A DNA stretch of 49,782 nt from the IMG/VR virus record IMGVR_UViG_3300031237_000008, positions 1 to 49,782 of that record. The stretch is one strand, 5' to 3'. Position numbers and translations under genes: made by a program. Position 1 is the first letter of the stretch, and each line of letters starts with the position of its first letter. This DNA is from a virus. Positions 14,184 through 22,836 of this stretch are shown here, piece by piece. The notes under the pieces were generated by a model, which saw only the letters and a list, made by a program, of their open reading frames with translations, searched no databases and had not been told where the DNA came from.

Positions 14184-14291
14184 ATGAAGATGCCGAAGGT
14201 CATGCCGGGTATGGATAAGAAGCAGCCCTCGCCCAAGCCCCGCAAGGCCAAGAAGGGTTCCGCGTTGTACAAGTCGTTGATGCGTCACTGA
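14184..14291 (+). CDS. possible 35-aa lysine-rich peptide
   Basis: ATG 15 nt after the leader stem. No clear RBS. Its TGA abuts the next ATG. Confidence 0.3.
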   Translation: MKMPKVMPGMDKKQPSPKPRKAKKGSALYKSLMRH

Positions 14292-14364
14292 TATGCCGCC
14301 AACCGCGATACAGTTTTGCGTCGCCAAGCCAGATGATTTTCCGTGGTATGCGGAGGCTGTATTC

Positions 14365-14478
14365 ATGCGGTGCTCATTGTGTGGCGGTAAGCTAACTAAA
14401 ACCTACTTGCCGGTTATAGAAAACATTGTGCAGACGGCATGGGAATGCAAGCAACATGGCGTGATGTTGGAACACTGA
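14365..14478 (+). CDS. hypothetical zinc-ribbon peptide (37 aa)
   Basis: Internal ATG of track ORF 14293-14478, preceded by GGAGG. CSLCG...C..H. Confidence 0.45.
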   Translation: MRCSLCGGKLTKTYLPVIENIVQTAWECKQHGVMLEH

Positions 14479-14482
14479 CCCA

Positions 14483-14713
14483 GTGGACATATCCACAGCC
14501 CGCCGCAAGGCCATCCATGACAGATACAACCACTCTGCCAAGGGCCGGGCGCGGTATCTCCGGTACCGAGCCACGGCACGGGGTCATCTGTTGCGGGATT
14601 TACAGGCGGCATTGCCGGAGCAGCGCCTGATGCGGAAGCTCAGGATGCAGGAGGTGCGGGGTGGCGGCCTATTACAACGAGATGGATGCGTTCGCGGCTG
14701 CGTGGTTGCGTGA
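14483..14713 (+). CDS. hypothetical basic protein
   Basis: 76-aa track ORF with a GTG start. RRKAIHDRYNHSAKGRARYLRY motif. Its 3' end overlaps the methyltransferase start. Confidence 0.4.
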   Translation: MDISTARRKAIHDRYNHSAKGRARYLRYRATARGHLLRDLQAALPEQRLMRKLRMQEVRGGGLLQRDGCVRGCVVA

Positions 14714-15701
14714 GTTAATCAAGGCGGGTCACATCGCTCCGGGGGATGTTGATGAAAGAAGCATATCCGACGTACAGACAGATGACCTTCGAGGATACAC
14801 CCAATGTCACTTCTTCGCTGGCATTGGGGTCTGGAGTTACGCCCTCCGTTGCGCCGGATGGACCGATGACCGTCCGGTTTGGACCGGCTCCTGCCCCTGT
14901 CAGCCGTTCTCGTCGAGCGGCAAGGGGGAGGGTTTTACCGACCCCCGCCACCTCTGGCCTGAGTGGTTCCGGCTCATCCGGGAGTATCGCCCTGTCGCAG
15001 TCTTTGGCGAACAGGTTGGAGCTGCGATTCGACATGGATGGCTCGACCTTGTTCAAGCAGACCTGGAGAGTGAGGGTTACGCCGTCGGGGCGGCAGTTAT
15101 GGGCGCACACAGCCTCGGGGCGCCGCACATCCGGCAAAGACTGTACTTCGTGGCCGACGCCGAACACGCCCAGCGGCGGCCCGAACACGAAGGCGACGGA
15201 GTCACACACGGGCGGCATGGACTTGGACGGCGCGGCGCTACTAGCGAGCTGGGCGACACCGGTAGTGTACGACGCGGAGGGAGGCGGTTCGATAACCGCA
15301 TCGAACAGGAAAGCGGCGGGGTTGGACAGGCCGAGCGGGGCATCCTACGGGACGGCGCTGCGGCACCAAGTCCTGCAAGCATCCTGGAGTACGCCGAGCA
15401 GTCGGGATTGGAAGGACACTCCGGGGATGAGCGCGACGGGAACGAACCCGGACGGCTCAGAGCAGACGCGGCTCGACCAACTTCCAAGGCAAGCCTCACA
15501 AACGGCTTCTGGCGAGACGCCATCTGGCTCCCCTGCCGCGACGGGAAAGCCCGGCCAACTCAACCCGGCCTTTTCCCGCTGGCTCATGGGTCTCCCGCCA
15601 GAGTGGGACGACTGCGCGGTTACGGCAATGCAATCGTCGCCCCGCAAGCGGAGGCGTTCGTGAGGGCCTACATGCAGCGACTCAGGGGGACTACATGTTG
15701 A
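14661..15701 (+). CDS. DNA (cytosine-5) methyltransferase, frame A
   Basis: Motif I FFAGIGV (14811), [10 protein letters not shown] (14895), VI FGEQV (15006), [14 protein letters not shown] (15126), then a low-complexity R/G/E/D stretch, then [14 protein letters not shown] (15621, motif X-like). GTG start with AGGAGG upstream. Confidence 0.85.
   Translation: MAAYYNEMDAFAAAWLRELIKAGHIAPGDVDERSISDVQTDDLRGYTQCHFFAGIGVWSYALRCAGWTDDRPVWTGSCPCQPFSSSGKGEGFTDPRHLWPEWFRLIREYRPVAVFGEQVGAAIRHGWLDLVQADLESEGYAVGAAVMGAHSLGAPHIRQRLYFVADAEHAQRRPEHEGDGVTHGRHGLGRRGATSELGDTGSVRRGGRRFDNRIEQESGGVGQAERGILRDGAAAPSPASILEYAEQSGLEGHSGDERDGNEPGRLRADAARPTSKASLTNGFWRDAIWLPCRDGKARPTQPGLFPLAHGSPARVGRLRGYGNAIVAPQAEAFVRAYMQRLRGTTC
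14746..15663 (+). CDS. overlapping +1-frame ORF (frame B) carrying W-x-T-P repeats and a motif IX-like [16 protein letters not shown]
   Basis: 305-aa ORF lying wholly inside the C5-MTase gene. SWPTP (15148), SWATP (15247), SWSTP (15382) and [16 protein letters not shown] (15559-15606) fall where frame A is low complexity. Confidence 0.5.
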   Translation: MLMKEAYPTYRQMTFEDTPNVTSSLALGSGVTPSVAPDGPMTVRFGPAPAPVSRSRRAARGRVLPTPATSGLSGSGSSGSIALSQSLANRLELRFDMDGSTLFKQTWRVRVTPSGRQLWAHTASGRRTSGKDCTSWPTPNTPSGGPNTKATESHTGGMDLDGAALLASWATPVVYDAEGGGSITASNRKAAGLDRPSGASYGTALRHQVLQASWSTPSSRDWKDTPGMSATGTNPDGSEQTRLDQLPRQASQTASGETPSGSPAATGKPGQLNPAFSRWLMGLPPEWDDCAVTAMQSSPRKRRRS

Positions 15702-17314
15702 TACGGGGTAATGCGCGCCACATCCCGCTGGCCGATGAGTCGGTGCAGTGCTGCGTTTGCTCTCCTCCATATTGGGGGTTGCGAGATTACGGGGTTCCTG
15801 GCCAGCTCGGCCTGGAGAAGACGCCAGAGGAGTACGTCGCCAACATGGTAGCCGTGTTCCGCGAGGTCAGGAGGGTGCTGAGGCCGGATGGGACGCTGTT
15901 TCTCAACCTCGGCGACTCTTACGCTGGCGGTGGGCGCGGCGGCAACCCGGACGAGTCGCCATTCCGCAAGCAGGCCACGAACACTGGTAGCGTGACGGGG
16001 CGCGCGAAAGACCCCGGCATCGTTCCACTTGGCCTCAAGCCCAAAGACCTGGTGGGCATACCCTGGCGCGTAGCTTTCGCCCTGCAACAGCCTTACTACG
16101 CCGGTCGCATTAAGCGAGTCGAGGACCGTGTCTGGCTGGCCGCCATGATTGACGCGGAGGGATGCATCTTCATCCACAAGCGCAAGGAGGGCCAGTCCAA
16201 CGGGCAGGGATATTCCAGGAAGAACGACAGCTACGGCTCCGGATTGGAAGTCGCTAACTGCTCGGAAGCTGTGGTGAGGCGCTGCATGGAGATTGCCGGG
16301 GCGGGAAGCATCTGTAGCCAGGGCTCGGAGCAGAATAGCCGCCGCAAGCAGGTACTCCACCGCTGGAATCTTCGGTCAAACGAGTGCCGCGATATTCTCC
16401 GCGAAGTGTACCCGCACCTTGTGGCCAAGCAGCAACAGGCCAGGCTGTCCATCGGCTGCCCCAGTTCCGGCGAAAAGGCGGATGCGGCCCACCGCGCTCT
16501 TATGGGACTGCACAACGGAATCGCAACTGATGTGGACTTTCCCCCGCCGGCATCCATGTACGAGCCTGGATGGTGGCTAAGGCAGGATTGTATATGGTCA
16601 AAGTTGAATCCCATGCCGGAGTCAGTGACCGACAGGTGTACCAAATCGCACGAATACATTTTCCTGCTCACGAAGTCGGCGCGGTACTTCTATGACGCGG
16701 AGGCGGTGAAGGAGCCCGGCACGCGCTATGAGTGGAACACGCAGAAGTTCAAGGGCGGCGACCTGACACGGCATCACGGCTCGACTTGCGGCAAGGAAGA
16801 AGGCGACCCGAACGCGGGTCGCAATCTCCGCTCCGTCTGGCACATCGCCACCCAGCCCTACAAGGAAGCCCACTTCGCCACCTTCCCGGAGAAGCTGGTA
16901 GAGCCGTGCATCTTGGCGGGGACGAGCGAGCGGGGTTGCTGCGCGGAGTGCGGTGCGCCGTGGGAGCGGGTGGTGGAGCGCGGACTGACGGCACACGACG
17001 GCGCGACTGATAGCGCCTACAGTCAAGGCACCACGGCAAATCGGCTGGCCCTGCTCCGGCAGGCTGCGCGTGAACGCGGAGAGGAATACTCCAGCGCCCA
17101 CAAGACCCTCGGCTGGAAGCCCACCTGCTCCTGCGGCGCGGCTACCAAGCCCTGCATCGTCCTCGACCCCTTCTGTGGCTCTGGCACGGTAGGCGTGGTC
17201 TGCGCCCGATTCAACCGGGAGTTCATCGGCCTGGAGTTGAACGAGAAGTACATCGAGTTAGCCAAGAAGCGACAGGTCGGAGTCCAGCCATTTCTCGCGG
17301 AGGCTACATGTTGA
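15695..17314 (+). CDS. beta-class N4/N6 DNA methyltransferase with an internal LAGLIDADG-like domain and a zinc ribbon
   Basis: SPPY motif IV near the N-terminus, IWSKLNPMPESV..R..KSHEYIFLLTKS, and motif I DPFCGSGT near the C-terminus. CCAECG...CSCG ribbon. Confidence 0.9.
   Translation: MLIRGNARHIPLADESVQCCVCSPPYWGLRDYGVPGQLGLEKTPEEYVANMVAVFREVRRVLRPDGTLFLNLGDSYAGGGRGGNPDESPFRKQATNTGSVTGRAKDPGIVPLGLKPKDLVGIPWRVAFALQQPYYAGRIKRVEDRVWLAAMIDAEGCIFIHKRKEGQSNGQGYSRKNDSYGSGLEVANCSEAVVRRCMEIAGAGSICSQGSEQNSRRKQVLHRWNLRSNECRDILREVYPHLVAKQQQARLSIGCPSSGEKADAAHRALMGLHNGIATDVDFPPPASMYEPGWWLRQDCIWSKLNPMPESVTDRCTKSHEYIFLLTKSARYFYDAEAVKEPGTRYEWNTQKFKGGDLTRHHGSTCGKEEGDPNAGRNLRSVWHIATQPYKEAHFATFPEKLVEPCILAGTSERGCCAECGAPWERVVERGLTAHDGATDSAYSQGTTANRLALLRQAARERGEEYSSAHKTLGWKPTCSCGAATKPCIVLDPFCGSGTVGVVCARFNREFIGLELNEKYIELAKKRQVGVQPFLAEATC
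16091..16567 (+). other. in-frame LAGLIDADG (I-CreI-like, single-motif) domain inserted into the methyltransferase core
   Basis: VWLAAMIDAEGCIFI, GLEVANCSEAVVRRCMEIAGAGSI and WNLRSNECRDILREVYPHLVAKQQQARL lie between the conserved MTase segments GIPWRVAFALQQ and GWWLRQDCIW. Confidence 0.65.
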
Positions 17315-17338
17315 CCATTGGGGTGTGGGGCGACCACC

Positions 17339-17914
17339 ATGGCATATATACACGGTAGATATCCCTTCCATAGATGCTCCAAGTGCGGAAAGCGGCGTAT
17401 AACATTCGGTGGTGGTTTGTGTTGGCAGTGTAGCGAGTTCCACGGGAAATGCGAGGCATGTGGGAATGGCTTTATCCAGACCGACAAGCAGCACATATAC
17501 TGTTCCCATTCTTGCCGGATACACACCCTGGCAAATCGCCACTACGCTAAACGCAAGAATGCCATCAATGAAAAGGGTCGCGCCAAGTATCACATTCATA
17601 TAGAAAAACAGCGGGCGCGTGGTCGCGCAAGGCAGAGGAAACTCAAGGAGGAGATGATTGCTGCGTATGGCGGCAAGTGTGCCTGCTGCGGGGAATCCGA
17701 ATATCGCTTCATGTCTCTTGACCACATCTACATGGACGGAAAGCAACATCGAGCATTGGTCGGCAGCGGCTCGGCTACATGGATGGCATTAAAACACCAA
17801 GGATGGCCGCAAGATAGATATCGTTTGCTGTGTATGAATTGCAACTTTGCTGCGCGCTTTGGGGTGGTCTGTCCGCATGAAACAAACCAAACATACGGGG
17901 TATCAGAATGCTAA
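17339..17914 (+). CDS. HNH-family endonuclease with an N-terminal zinc ribbon
   Basis: Track ORF 17318-17914 trimmed to ATG 17339. YGGKCACCG...LDHIYMDG...LLCMNCN...CPH. Confidence 0.75.
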   Translation: MAYIHGRYPFHRCSKCGKRRITFGGGLCWQCSEFHGKCEACGNGFIQTDKQHIYCSHSCRIHTLANRHYAKRKNAINEKGRAKYHIHIEKQRARGRARQRKLKEEMIAAYGGKCACCGESEYRFMSLDHIYMDGKQHRALVGSGSATWMALKHQGWPQDRYRLLCMNCNFAARFGVVCPHETNQTYGVSEC

Positions 17915-18729
17915 AAGTAGGAATTTGGGGGGATTTGCAAATACCGTACCTTTGCCCACGGGCCTGGTCTGTTGCCCTGCAAATCTTCAAGGACGCCAAG
18001 CTGGACCTACTCATTCACAACGGGGACTTCATGGACTGTCGCACGCTGACCACTCGCTACCCGGTAGCCTATGGCCCCAAGATGATGGCGGAGATGCGGC
18101 ATGAGGTAGATGCGGCGCGAGGGCGGCTGGCCGAGGCCCACAAGACCATCAAGCCCAAGAAGGCCCGCTGGAACTCGGGCAACCACGAGTTCCGTATCCC
18201 GCGCAGCTTCTGGTCGTCTCCACACGGTAGCCAGATGCTGGGGATAGATACCATCGCAGATGCGGCTGGCGTACCCGCGCTGCTGCAATTCCACAAGTAC
18301 GGCATCAAGTACAGCGGGGAGTACCCGGCAGGGACGTGGATATTGGGCGGGGAGACGCCCTCCGGCGCGAACGATTGCCTTGTTACCCATGGCATGATTT
18401 CCAGCAAGAAGGCTGGCCAGACAGCCAACCGAACCCTGGACGACACCATGGCCAATGTGGTCGTGGGTCACTGTGAGCGGCTGGCTCTGACATGGAAACA
18501 CGCCCCAGGTTGGCGCGACTTCTTTGCCATCGAGGGAGGCAATCTGTCATTGTTCTCTACCCCGCAGGGTCGGGACATCCTGACGAACTACCCGTTCAAT
18601 TCCCCTGACCACCTCAACAAGCAGCAGGGCATCACCATCTTGTACCACGATGCTGGCCAGTGGTGGCCCTTCATTATCCGCATCAACCGGGGCCGCGCCA
18701 TGTGGCAAGGCAAGTTGTATAAAGACTAG
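17908..18729 (+). CDS. calcineurin-like metallophosphoesterase
   Basis: WGDLQIP, NGDFMD, SGNHEF, THG and VGHCE motifs appear in canonical order. Confidence 0.85.
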   Translation: MLKVGIWGDLQIPYLCPRAWSVALQIFKDAKLDLLIHNGDFMDCRTLTTRYPVAYGPKMMAEMRHEVDAARGRLAEAHKTIKPKKARWNSGNHEFRIPRSFWSSPHGSQMLGIDTIADAAGVPALLQFHKYGIKYSGEYPAGTWILGGETPSGANDCLVTHGMISSKKAGQTANRTLDDTMANVVVGHCERLALTWKHAPGWRDFFAIEGGNLSLFSTPQGRDILTNYPFNSPDHLNKQQGITILYHDAGQWWPFIIRINRGRAMWQGKLYKD

Positions 18730-20418
18730 CTACTTGTCCCTGGTCAAGTAGGCCCGCATGGCTTCTTTGCCGCCGTAGTATCCAGAGATGGGATGTCCCA
18801 CCGCAGCGCCTACTCCGGCCCCAGCTATGCCACCCAGAAACACCTTCAGCCGCGAGGGCTTGGGGACAACGCGCTTGGCGGATACGGGCGGCTTGGCCTT
18901 CATGGCCTTCAGTGCTGCCTCGCGGGCACTCAGTCCTGCCAGTTCCTGAACAAGTACCGGGTTGCCACCGTGGGGCTTGTTGCGCCCCATGATTTGCGCG
19001 AAGCGGGCGTAGGTGTCACCAGTAGCCCTACGAGTCACCTTGGGCAAGTCCTTGGCGCGGAGTGCTTGCGCTACCGGGCTGTCGGCATTGTAGAAGTCCT
19101 GCATGTATTGCGACCAGTCGCCCTTGAGCGCCGAGTATTCCCCGGCAGCGCCCTTGCGCTCGGCTATGGACTGTAGCTCTGCCCCGTAGCCGTCGCGTAC
19201 TTGCTCCAGGGCATGGTAGACATCGCCCTCCAGCCCACCCTTGGCCAACACCTCTCCCAGTCGCGTGTACCGTGCGCGCAAGTCACCAAAGGTTCCAGTG
19301 GTAGCTTCCGGTGGCTGTACCGCACCCTCGGCCTTCAGCCGTTCGACCAGGCCATTGAATACATCCGCGCCGACCTTGCCACGCGCCACATCTGCCGCAC
19401 TCTTGCCAGCCTTTCCGGCAGCCTTGTAGCCGTAGGCCTCGGCCACCTGGTTCTCCATGGCGGCCTGGGCAGATACCTCCGGTTCCCGCACCCTGGCCAT
19501 GGTCTTTTCGAACTCAGCCAAACTGGCAGGGGTAGCGTTGGACAAGTTTCCCGAGCGGGCAGACTCCTCGATGGCAGCCAAGCTGTCCGGGGATGCCTGG
19601 ATGTCGTTGCCTACCTTTTCTTTCAGGGCACCCCATCGAGCATCCAGTGACTGCTTGGCTGCTGCATGGGTTTCCTTGATGTTCTCAGCGATGCGCTCAG
19701 TCAACTGCTGGCGCGCAGCAGCAATCGGCTCCGCGCTGGGCTTTGGCTTGGCGGCAGTGATGCGCTCCCGCAATGCGGCAACATTGGGAGCATACTCGGA
19801 GCGGGCAGCCAACTCTCGAGGCGTAGGCTTGGGCTGCGGCTTCATGCCCTCCAGCTTTGCAGCAATACGCTTGACCACCGGCATCTCTGGTGCAGCCAGG
19901 GTTGCGATGAGCGCCTGCCCCTGGCCCATACCCTGTCCCGGCTCCCCCGCCAGCGCCTTGTCATAGATGGCAGCAGCGGCTGGCCCCAGCATGGGCACCG
20001 TAGCAGCCACACTCTTGAATCCGGCCTCGGGGATAAGCCCTGCCTTGCTGGCGCGGTTAGCCTGGGCCTGAGTCTCAATCATCGGCTCAACCACCATCTT
20101 CCTGAATTGTCCAGAGGGCAGCATCTCATCCACGCTGCGCGGAATCATTCCCTGGACAGCACCCATGGCAAACTGGCCGATACCCTTGATGTTCTCGATG
20201 GGGTTGAATGTGTCCACCAGGTCTGTCAGCGACTGCTCGGCACCGCTGCGGACAGTGGTGTATTTGCGTTCCGGCATGGTAGCGCGCTGTTTCAGTATGC
20301 GCCGCAGCTTGTCGGCGTTGGACTCTGCACCAACTACTTCTGCCCCCTCGGGCAAATCGGAGTAGCCGGGGGCGTGTAGTACCTCGGCATCTTGTGGGAC
20401 ATCAGAGAACTGCGGCAT
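18730..20418 (-). CDS. putative internal virion/ejection protein
   Basis: Track ORF 18730-20433 trimmed to ATG 20418 (TAATG overlap with the upstream stop). Long Ala/Lys/Glu-rich helical protein with a Gly-zipper C-terminus. It is the last gene of the late operon. Confidence 0.75.
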   Translation of the reverse strand: MPQFSDVPQDAEVLHAPGYSDLPEGAEVVGAESNADKLRRILKQRATMPERKYTTVRSGAEQSLTDLVDTFNPIENIKGIGQFAMGAVQGMIPRSVDEMLPSGQFRKMVVEPMIETQAQANRASKAGLIPEAGFKSVAATVPMLGPAAAAIYDKALAGEPGQGMGQGQALIATLAAPEMPVVKRIAAKLEGMKPQPKPTPRELAARSEYAPNVAALRERITAAKPKPSAEPIAAARQQLTERIAENIKETHAAAKQSLDARWGALKEKVGNDIQASPDSLAAIEESARSGNLSNATPASLAEFEKTMARVREPEVSAQAAMENQVAEAYGYKAAGKAGKSAADVARGKVGADVFNGLVERLKAEGAVQPPEATTGTFGDLRARYTRLGEVLAKGGLEGDVYHALEQVRDGYGAELQSIAERKGAAGEYSALKGDWSQYMQDFYNADSPVAQALRAKDLPKVTRRATGDTYARFAQIMGRNKPHGGNPVLVQELAGLSAREAALKAMKAKPPVSAKRVVPKPSRLKVFLGGIAGAGVGAAVGHPISGYYGGKEAMRAYLTRDK

Positions 20419-21764
20419 TACTGGGCCACCCACTGCCCGCCCTTCTTGATGCGGGTGCTGCCGTCTTTCATCTTGATGATGGTGCCCTCGGGGGCAGCAC
20501 CACCACTAGCCCCACTGCCGCCGCCCTGAATACCGATACCCTGACGGATGGCCTTCTCCTGCTCGACCAGTGCACTATGCCGGTTAGCCATGTCCTGCTT
20601 AAGAATGGCAGCAACCCGCTTGGTCTGGTTAAAGGTAGCACTCGTAGGGTTGAACTCGGAAATCTCCTTGCGGGCGTTATCGCTCAGTACACCAACCAGA
20701 TTGGGGTTAGCCACCACGCGGGCAATCTCTGTCAGGGCCACTTGGCGAGCAGCCTTGTAGGCGGAGATGTTGGCATTGCCGACTGCTCCCTCGCTCAGAG
20801 TACGCAGGGCTAAGTTAGCCCACGGCACTCCGGTATCCGGTACCTTGGAGGCCTGCTCCAGGAATAAGTCCAAGTTCTTGCCCGCCGTATTGGAATACGC
20901 CTCCACGGCATTCTTCATCTTGACTACCTGAGTCAGCGACTGGGAACTGGCGGTGAATCCGGCTTGGTTGGTAGCCAAGTCAACTCCGGGAAACAATTCT
21001 CCAGCCCTGTTCATAATCTGCTGGCGCAACCCTACGGCGGCCTGTCCCATGCCAAGTGGGGGCATCTTCCCGGTAGTGGCGTAGAAGGTCGCGGCTTGGT
21101 CAATGGCGGCGGGTGTCAGTCCACCCGCTACCGCTGCCTTACTGCCAGTGCCAGTGCCACCACCCTGCCCACGTTTCGCAACAACTTGTGCCACCTTGTT
21201 GGCGGCCTGTTCCGCAACAAACTTCTGCTGGTCTTCTTGGCGGGCAGTAATGGCGGCCTGAGTCCCGGCAACACGTTCTGCTACCGGCTCGCCGCGCAGC
21301 CGTGCCTTGATGGCCTCCATGCGCAGTTCTCTCTGTTCCTTGCGGGACAACAGCACACCCTGCGGTAGCCCCTTGAACATGGGGTCATTGGTGTCTACCG
21401 GGACTGGCGTATCGTCCACGCGCTGTTCGGCTTTGCCCTGTGCGGCCTCGGCCAGAAGCTGCTCCCGGAGCCTGAGATTGCGCTCCTCGAAGTCGGCTTG
21501 GCGCGCAACCATCTGCGACCGTTCCTCATCCCTGCGATAGTCGTAGCTGGTCTTGAAGCCTTGGCTGGCGGCCACAGTATCCAGTACCCCCAGTAGGATG
21601 CGTTTCAGGGTAGAGGGTTTCTTGCCGCCGCCAACGGGGGCAGACTGGGGCGGCGGTACTTGAGCGGGCGCACCCATGCCCGGTATCTCCCCGCTGAATC
21701 CACCAAAGTCAGATATGGACTGGTCTCCGGGGAAGGCTACCGGGGGTGCAGTCGGGTCAGCCAT
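20418..21764 (-). CDS. putative internal virion protein
   Basis: 448-aa ORF with a TGATG overlap to the upstream gene. Gly/Ala/Gln-rich with coiled-coil segments. Confidence 0.75.
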   Translation of the reverse strand: MADPTAPPVAFPGDQSISDFGGFSGEIPGMGAPAQVPPPQSAPVGGGKKPSTLKRILLGVLDTVAASQGFKTSYDYRRDEERSQMVARQADFEERNLRLREQLLAEAAQGKAEQRVDDTPVPVDTNDPMFKGLPQGVLLSRKEQRELRMEAIKARLRGEPVAERVAGTQAAITARQEDQQKFVAEQAANKVAQVVAKRGQGGGTGTGSKAAVAGGLTPAAIDQAATFYATTGKMPPLGMGQAAVGLRQQIMNRAGELFPGVDLATNQAGFTASSQSLTQVVKMKNAVEAYSNTAGKNLDLFLEQASKVPDTGVPWANLALRTLSEGAVGNANISAYKAARQVALTEIARVVANPNLVGVLSDNARKEISEFNPTSATFNQTKRVAAILKQDMANRHSALVEQEKAIRQGIGIQGGGSGASGGAAPEGTIIKMKDGSTRIKKGGQWVAQ

Positions 21765-22465
21765 CAGCTTTTCTTGTCCCTTCCGAGGTAAGAGGAACCA
21801 ACGGACGCACCTGCCCCGATTACGCTACTCAGTACACCCCACAACGGGCTGGGCCTATTCTCCTGCGTGGCCAACTGGGATGCGTTACCCAAATTACTGG
21901 CCGCGATGTTACCAAACCCCGTAGCTGTTTGCGCCTGCGTCCCAGACAATGCCCCATACAGCGTCCCGGCCTGCAACTTGCGCCGAGCATTCTCCTCGCC
22001 AGCCCAGATGCGTATCCCCAAGTCCCCAGCCGCAGCCGTGCGGGCCTGATTGGCCTCAAAGCCCGCCAGCCTGCCAATGTCAGTCCCGCCAAACCCACCG
22101 GGCTGGTAGCCGCCCCGCTGGGCAATCTGTTGCTTGACTCCGCTGTATGCCGAGCCATAGTTGGCACTCAGAGTATTGCGGAACTGGGAGACGCGCAGGG
22201 CAATCTCCTCGGGCGACACCCCTTGGCCCTCCAACTCCTTCTTGAAGTTGGCGGTCACCGCATCAATCAGCGCGTTGGACTTGGTGAGCTGCGCCTGCGA
22301 AATCTTCTGGTTCAGGGCATACGCCTCGTTGTCCCTCTTGCGCTGGTCAGCCACGGCTTTGTCCTTCTTGCAGAGCGACCATTCGCCGTTGTACTCCTCG
22401 GCCACGGCGCACAGCAGCCGCCCTGTCTCCATGTCGTACTCTATGTGGGTATACGCAAGCGCCAT
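21764..22465 (-). CDS. putative internal virion protein
   Basis: 233-aa ORF in operon register with its neighbours. Confidence 0.7.
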   Translation of the reverse strand: MALAYTHIEYDMETGRLLCAVAEEYNGEWSLCKKDKAVADQRKRDNEAYALNQKISQAQLTKSNALIDAVTANFKKELEGQGVSPEEIALRVSQFRNTLSANYGSAYSGVKQQIAQRGGYQPGGFGGTDIGRLAGFEANQARTAAAGDLGIRIWAGEENARRKLQAGTLYGALSGTQAQTATGFGNIAASNLGNASQLATQENRPSPLWGVLSSVIGAGASVGSSYLGRDKKS

Positions 22466-22836
22466 AGTCTCATCTCCACTTTCTCGAATCCGACATACTC
22501 AGCCACCTTACAAGTAGCCTCATCCGTGCCCCAGAATACCAACTCCTTAGCGCCATTCGCAGCAGCCAGATTCGCCGCCGCCACCACCAGTGTCTTGAGC
22601 GCATGAGTCATCTCGAATGCGGTCACGCCGGGTTTTGGTGCCAGCGATTCCAGCATGATGACCGGAACAACCGGCATATAGCATATTGTAGCACCCTTGC
22701 CATCTACGGCTTCCAGCACCGTGGCGGCATTGCGGGCCTGTTCGTCTGGTGCGCCACGCGGGTTAGAATCCAGCCACTCGTGGAACTGGGCGTGGTCACG
22801 GCACGGGATGGCGAGATACATGGTGCGTAGACTCAC
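22441..22836 (-). CDS. hypothetical protein, possibly GNAT-like
   Basis: 131-aa ORF with a GTGA overlap to the upstream stop. The C-terminal ...NGAKELVFWGTDEATCKVAEYVGFEKV weakly recalls the acetyltransferase fold. Confidence 0.6.
   Translation of the reverse strand: MSLRTMYLAIPCRDHAQFHEWLDSNPRGAPDEQARNAATVLEAVDGKGATICYMPVVPVIMLESLAPKPGVTAFEMTHALKTLVVAAANLAAANGAKELVFWGTDEATCKVAEYVGFEKVEMRLWRLRIPT

Noticed and set aside
16091-16567. An intein inside the N4/N6 methyltransferase.
   Set aside because: The insert has no N-terminal Cys/Ser block, no TxxH block, and no C-terminal HN plus nucleophile. Only the LAGLIDADG module is present.
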